Assembly (NCBI RefSeq): GCF_009914755.1
Contig: NC_060933.1
From: the human T2T-CHM13v2.0 reference genome, Homo sapiens
DNA length: 64,000 nucleotides
Reading direction: 5' to 3' (one strand)
In this document: in pieces, positions 58,275-64,000 of the stretch
Layout of the letters: each line of letters opens with the position of its first letter
Numbering within the stretch: the first letter of the stretch is position 1
Translations under genes and position numbers: made by a program
Notes under the pieces: model-generated
What the model was told of the DNA's origin: nothing
The model's input: the letters and a program-made list of their open reading frames with translations, nothing else
Databases searched by the model: none

Positions 58275-59050
58275 AAGTAACCCGAATAGAATGGAATGGA
58301 ATGGAATGGAACGGAACGGAACGGAATGGAATGGAATGGAATGGAATGGAATGGAATGGAATGGAATCAACCCGACTGCAGGAGAATGGAATGGAATGGA
58401 ATGCAATGGAATCAACCCGAGTACAGGGGAATGGAATGGAATGGAATGCAATGGAATAGAATCATCCGTAATGGAATTGAAAGGAATGGAATGGAATGGA
58501 ATGGAATGGAATGGAATGGAATCAACTCGATTGCAATCGAATGCAATGGAATGGAATTAACGCGAATAGAATGGAATGGAATGGAATGGAACGGAACGGA
58601 ATGGAATGGAATGGAATGGAATGGAACGGAAAGGAATGGAATGGAATGGAATGGAATGGAATGGAATGGAATTAACCCGAATAGAATGGAATGGAATGGA
58701 ATGGAACGGAACGGAACGGAACGTAATGGAATGGAATGGAATGGAATGGAATGGAATGGAATCAACCCGACTGCAGGGGAATGGAATGGAGTGGAATGCA
58801 ATGGAATCAACCCGAGTACAGGGGAATGGAATGGAATGGAATGCAATGGAATAGAATCATCCGTAATGGAATGGAAAGGAATGGAATGGAATGGAATGGA
58901 ATGGAATGGAATCAACTCGATTGCAATCGAATGGAATGGAATGGAATTAACGCGAATAGAATGGAATGGAATGGAATGGAACGGAACGGAATGGAATGGA
59001 ATGGAATGGAATGGAACGGAAAGGAATGGAATGGAATGGAATGGAATGGA
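58275..59050 (-). repeat. ~395-bp tandem duplication
   Basis: cccgactgca...caacccgagtacagggg...atagaatcatccgtaa...taacgcgaatag occurs twice (~58413/58808; ~58558/58948). Confidence 0.8.
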
Positions 59051-59199
59051 ATCAACGCGAGTGCAGGGGAATGGAATGGAATCGAATGGAATGGAATAGA
59101 ATGGAATGGAATCAACCCGAGTGCAGGGGAATGTAATGGAACGGAATGCAACGGAATGGAATCATCCAGAATGGAATGGAATGGAATGGAATGCAAAGC

Positions 59200-61200
59200 A
59201 ATGGAATCAACTCGATTGCAATGGAATGGAATGGAATGGAAAGGAATAGAATGGAATCAACCCGAGTGTAATGGAATGGAAAGGACTGGAATGGAGTGGA
59301 ATGGAATGGAATGGAATGGAATGGAATCAACTCGATTGGAATGGAATGGAATGGAATGGAATGGAATGGAATGGAATGGAATTAACCCGAATAGAATGGA
59401 ATGGAATGGAATGGAACGGAACGGAATGGAATGGAATGGAATGGAATGGAATGGAATGGAATGGAATCAACCCGACTGCAGGGGAATGGAATGGAATGGA
59501 ATGGAATGGAATGGAATGGAATCATCCGGAACGGAATGGAATGGAATGGAATGGAATCAACTCGATTGCAATGGAATGGAAGGGAATGGAATGGAATCGA
59601 ATGTAATGGAATGGAATTAACCAGAATAGAATGGAATGGAATGGAATGGAACGGAATGGAATGGAATGGAATGGAATCAACCCGAGTGCAGGGGAATGGA
59701 ATGGAATGGAATGCAATGGAATGGAATCATCCGGAATGGAATGGAATGGAATGGAATGCCGTCAACCTGATGCAATGGAATGGAGTGGAATGGAATGGAA
59801 TGGAATGGAAACATCCCGAATGGAATGGAATGTAATGGAGTGTAAGGGAATTGAATAGAATCAATCCGAATGGAATGGAATGGAATGGAATGAAATGGAA
59901 TGGAATGGAATGGAATGGAATCAACCCGAGTGCAATGGAATGGATTCGAATGGAATGGAATGGAATGGAATGGATTCAACAAGAATGGAATGGAAAGGAA
60001 TGGAATCAACCCGAGTGTAATGGCATGGAATGGAACGGAATGGAATGGGATGGAATGGAATGGTACGGAATAGAATGGAATGGAATGACATGGAATGGAA
60101 TGGAATGGAATGGAATGGAATGGAATGGAATGGAATGGAATGGAATGAACCCGTGTGCAATGGAATGGAATGGAATGGAATGGATTCAACTCGAATGGAA
60201 TCAACTCGATTGCAATGGAATGGAATGGAATGGAAAGGAATAGAATGGAATCAACCCGAGTGGAATGGAATGGAAAGGACTGGAATGGAGTGGAATGCAA
60301 TGGAATGGAATTAACCCGAATAGAATGAAATGGAACGGAATGGAACGGAATGTAATGCAATGGAATCGAATGGAATCAACCCGAGTGCAGGGGAATGCAA
60401 TGGAATGGAATGCAATGCAATGGAATCATCCGGAATGGAATGGAATGGAATGGAATGGAATTGAATGGAATGGAATGGAATCAACTCGATTTCAATGGAA
60501 TGGAATGGAATAGAATGGAATGGAATTAACATGAATAGAATGGAATGGAATGGAATGGAATGGAATGGAATGGAATGGAACAGAAAGGCATGGAATGGAA
60601 TGGAATGGAATCAACCCAAGTGCAGGGGAATGGAATGGAATGGAATTCAATGGAATGGAATCATCCGGAATGGAATGGAATGGAATGGAATGCAATGGAA
60701 TGGAATCAACCCGAGTGCAATGGAATGGAGAGGAATTGAATGGAATGGAATGGAAACTACCCGAATGGAATGGAATGTAATGGAGTGTAAGGGAATTGAA
60801 TAGAATGAATCCGAATGGAATGGAATGGAATGGAAAGGAATGGAATGGAATGGAATGGAATGCAATGCCATGGAATCAACCCGAGTGCAATCGAATGGAA
60901 TCGAATGGAATGGAATGCAATGGAATGGATTCAACTTGAATGGAATGGAAAGAATGGAATCAACACGAGTGGAATGGCATGGATTGGAATGGAATGGAAT
61001 GGAATCAACCCGAGTACAGGGGAATGGAATGGAATGGAATGAAATGGAATGGAATCATACGTAATGTAATGGAAAGGAATGGAATGGAAAGGAATGGAAT
61101 GAAATTGAATGGAATAGAATGGAATGGAATGGAATCAACTCGATTGCAATCGAATGGAATGGAATGGAATTAACCCGCATAGAATGGAATGGAATGGAAC
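59200..61200 (-). repeat. Inverted, diverged paralog of ~21.2-23.1 kb (C' module plus flanking A)
   Basis: ttcaacaaga ~59975, acatcccgaa 59811, ggattcgaa ~59942, ttcaactcgaatggaatcaactcg ~60185, ctcgatttcaa ~60485 and cccaagtgcagggg ~60615 match left-arm C markers in reversed order. Confidence 0.8.
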
Positions 61201-61335
61201 GGAACGGAATGGAATGGAATGGAATGGAATGGAATGGAAGGGAACGGATCGGAATGGAATGGAATGGAATGGAATGGAATGGAATGGAATCAACACGAGT
61301 GCAGGGGAATGGAATGGAATGGAATGCAATGCAAT

Positions 61336-61350
61336 GGAATCTTCCGGAAT
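61336..61350. promoter_or_regulatory. Perfect three-unit HSE motif (right arm)
   Basis: gGAAtcTTCcgGAAt; a second copy lies at 63758-63772. Confidence 0.5.
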
Positions 61351-64000
61351 GGAATGGAATGGAATGCAATGGATTCAACTCGATTGCAATGGAATGGAAT
61401 AGAATGTAATGGAATGGAATGGAATGGAATTAACCCGAATAGAATGGAATGGAATGGAATGGAACGGAACGGAACGGAATGGAATGGAATGGAATGGAAT
61501 GGAATGGAATGGAATGGAACAGAAAGCAATGGAATGGAATGGAATGGAATTGTATGGAATGGAATGGAATGGTACGGAATAGAATGGAATGGAAAGAATT
61601 GGAATGGAATGGAATCGAATGGAATGGAATGGAATGGAATGGAATCAGCCCGAGTGCAGGGGAATGTAATGGAACGGAATGGAATGGAATGGAATCATCC
61701 AGAATGGAATGGAATGGAATGGAATGGAATGGAATGGAATGGAATGGAATCAACCCTAGTGCAATGGAATGGAGTGGAATGGAATGGAATGGAATGGAAC
61801 AACCCGAATGGAATGGAATGTAATGGAGAGTAAGGGAGTTGAATAGAATCAATCCGAATGTAATGGAATGGAATGGAACGGAATGGAATTGAATGGAATG
61901 GAATGGAATGCAATGGAGTGGAATCAACCCGAGTGCAATGGAATGGAGAGGAATGGAATGGAATGGAATGGAAACTACGCGAATGGAATGGAATGTAATG
62001 GAGTGTAAGGGAATTGAATAGTATCAATCCGAATGTAATGGAATGGAATGGAACGGAATGGAATGGAATGGAATGGAATGGAATGGAATGGAATCGTTCG
62101 GAGTGGAATAGGAGGGAATGTATTCGAGTGGAATGGAAAGGAATGGAATCAACCAGAGTGGAATGGAAGGGAATGGAATGGAATGGAAACTAATAGATTG
62201 GAATCAACCCGAGTGGAATGGAATGGAAAGGACTGGAATGGAATGGAATGGAATGGAATGGAATCAACTGGATTGTAATGGAATGGAATGGAATGGAATG
62301 GAATGGAATGGAATGGAATGGAATGGAATGGAATTAACCCGAATACAATGGAATGGAATGGAATGGAATGGAATGGAACGGAATGGACTGGAATGGAATG
62401 GATTCAACCCGAGTGCAGGGGAATGGAATGGAATGGAATGCAATGGAATGGAATCATCCGGAATGGAATGGAATGGAATGGAATGCAAAGCAATGGAATC
62501 AACTCGATTGCAATGGAAAGGAATGGAATGGAAAGGAATAGAATGGAATCAACCTGATTGGAATGGAATGGAAAGGACTGGAATGGAGTGGAATGGAATG
62601 GAATGGAATGGAATGGAATGCAATGGAATGGTATGGAATGGAATGGAATGGTACGGAATAGAATGGAATGGAAGGAATTGTAATGGAACGGAATTCAATG
62701 GAATGGAATGGAATGGAATGGAATCAGCGCGAGTGCAGGGGAATGTAATGGAACGGAATGCAATGGAATGGAATCATCCGGAATGGAATGGAATGGAATG
62801 GAATGGAATGGAATCAACCCAAGTGCAATGGAAAGGAGTGGAATGGAATGGAATGGAATGGAACAACCCAAATGGAATGGAATGTAATGGAGAGTAAGGG
62901 AGTTGAATAGAATCAATGAGAATGTAATGGAATGGAATGCAACGGAATGGAATGGAATGGAATGGAATGGAATGCAATGGAATGGAATCAACCCGAGTAC
63001 AATGGAATGGAATGGAATGGAATGGAATGGAATGGAATGGAATGGAATGCCTTCAAACCGAATGGAATGGAAAGGAATGGAATCAACACGAGTGGAATGG
63101 AATGGAATGGAATGGAATGGAATGGAATGGAATGGAATGGAATGATACGGAATAGGATGGATTGGAACGAAATGGAATGGAATGGAAAGGAATGGAATGG
63201 AATGGAATGGAATGGAATCGTTCCGAGTGGAATAGGAGGGAATGTATTTGAGTGGAATGGAAAGGAAAGGAATCAACCAGAGTGCAATGGAAGGGAATGG
63301 AATGGAATGGAAACTAATAGAATGGAATCAACCCTAGTGGAATGGAATGGAAAGGACTGGAATGGAAAGGAATGGAATGGAATGGAATGGAATGGAATGG
63401 AATGGAATGGAATCAACCCGAGTGCAGGGGAATGTAATGGAACGGAATGCAAAGGAAAGGAATCATCCGGAATGGAATGGAATGGAATGGAATGGAATGG
63501 AATCAACCCGAGTGCAATGGAATGGAGTGGAATGGAATGGAATGGAATGGAACAACCCGAATGGAATGGAATGTAATGGAGAGTAAGGGAGTTGAAAAGA
63601 ATCAATCCGAATGTAATGGAATGGAATGGAACGGAATGGAATGGAATGGAATGGAATGGAATGGAATGCAATGGAATGGAATCAACCCAAGTACAATGGA
63701 ATGGAATGGAATGGAATGGAATGGAACGGAATGGAATGGAATGGAATGCAATGGAATGGAATCTTCCGGAATGGAAAGGAATGGAATGGAATGGAATGGA
63801 ATGGAATGCAATGGATTCAACACGATTGCAATGGAATGGAATAGAATGGAATGGAATGGAATGGAATGGAATTAAACCGAATAGAATGGAATGGAATGGA
63901 ACGGAACGGAACGGAACTGAACGGAACGGAACGGAGTGGAATGGAATGGAATGGAATTGTATGGAATGGAATGGAATGGTACGGAATAGAATGGAATGGA

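Larger units (their letters stand above)
52194..64000 (-). repeat. Satellite III (HSat3) array, right arm, inverted: (GAATG)n on +
   Basis: Continuous GGAAT pentamer with CAACCCGAGT, CAACTCGATT and TAACCCGAAT decamers, i.e. the reverse complements of the left-arm motifs, running to the window end. Confidence 0.96.
55541..64000 (-). repeat. Sub-domain A' (inverted), containing a C' module
   Basis: Reverse-complement A motifs return: gccttcaaacc, cgttccgagtggaataggagggaatgtattcgag, ggattcaacttgaa, ggagagtaagggagttgaa, gaatcttccggaa. Confidence 0.8.

Noticed and set aside
1-64000. Hundreds of ORFs (FHSIP- and MEWNG-repeat peptides)
   Set aside because: CATTC/GAATG repeats contain no stop codon in any frame and GAATG supplies an ATG every 5 bp. 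The ORFs overlap in all six frames and show no non-repeat domain.
1-64000. CRISPR-like alternation of constant motifs and variable spacers
   Set aside because: The 'spacers' are pentamer runs rather than unique sequence, there are no cas genes or leader, and the context is eukaryotic satellite.
40400-64000. Fold-back chimeric-read artefact as the cause of the strand switch
   Set aside because: An artefact would give a near-exact mirror about the junction. The arms differ in module order, length and many substitutions. Read support is still needed to exclude a mis-join.

Overview
The whole window is a (CATTC)n/(GAATG)n pentamer satellite interrupted by ACTCGGGTTG-type decamers. This is the signature of classical human/great-ape Satellite III (HSat3) pericentromeric heterochromatin; the exact subfamily and chromosome cannot be assigned without a k-mer search. 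I see no genes, RNA genes, transposons or CRISPR arrays, and every ORF in the track (FHSIP/MEWNG repeats) is an artefact of a stop-free pentamer. The structure is what is informative. (1) There is one sharp strand switch at ~52,193, with CATTC on + to the left and GAATG on + to the right. (2) The array splits into sub-domains with different variant vocabularies (my labels A, B, C), which occur in mirrored order on both sides of the switch but are about 3-5x more expanded on the left. (3) Nested duplications range from 45 bp to ~2.8 kb, including three recent near-identical units at ~25.3-32.2 kb. (4) About 30 perfect three-unit heat-shock elements (TTCcgGAAgaTTC) occur in domain A and none in the ~28 kb around the inversion. 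All coordinates and counts come from reading by eye and from offsets in the ORF track, so boundaries are approximate. I found no evidence for a new protein-coding system.
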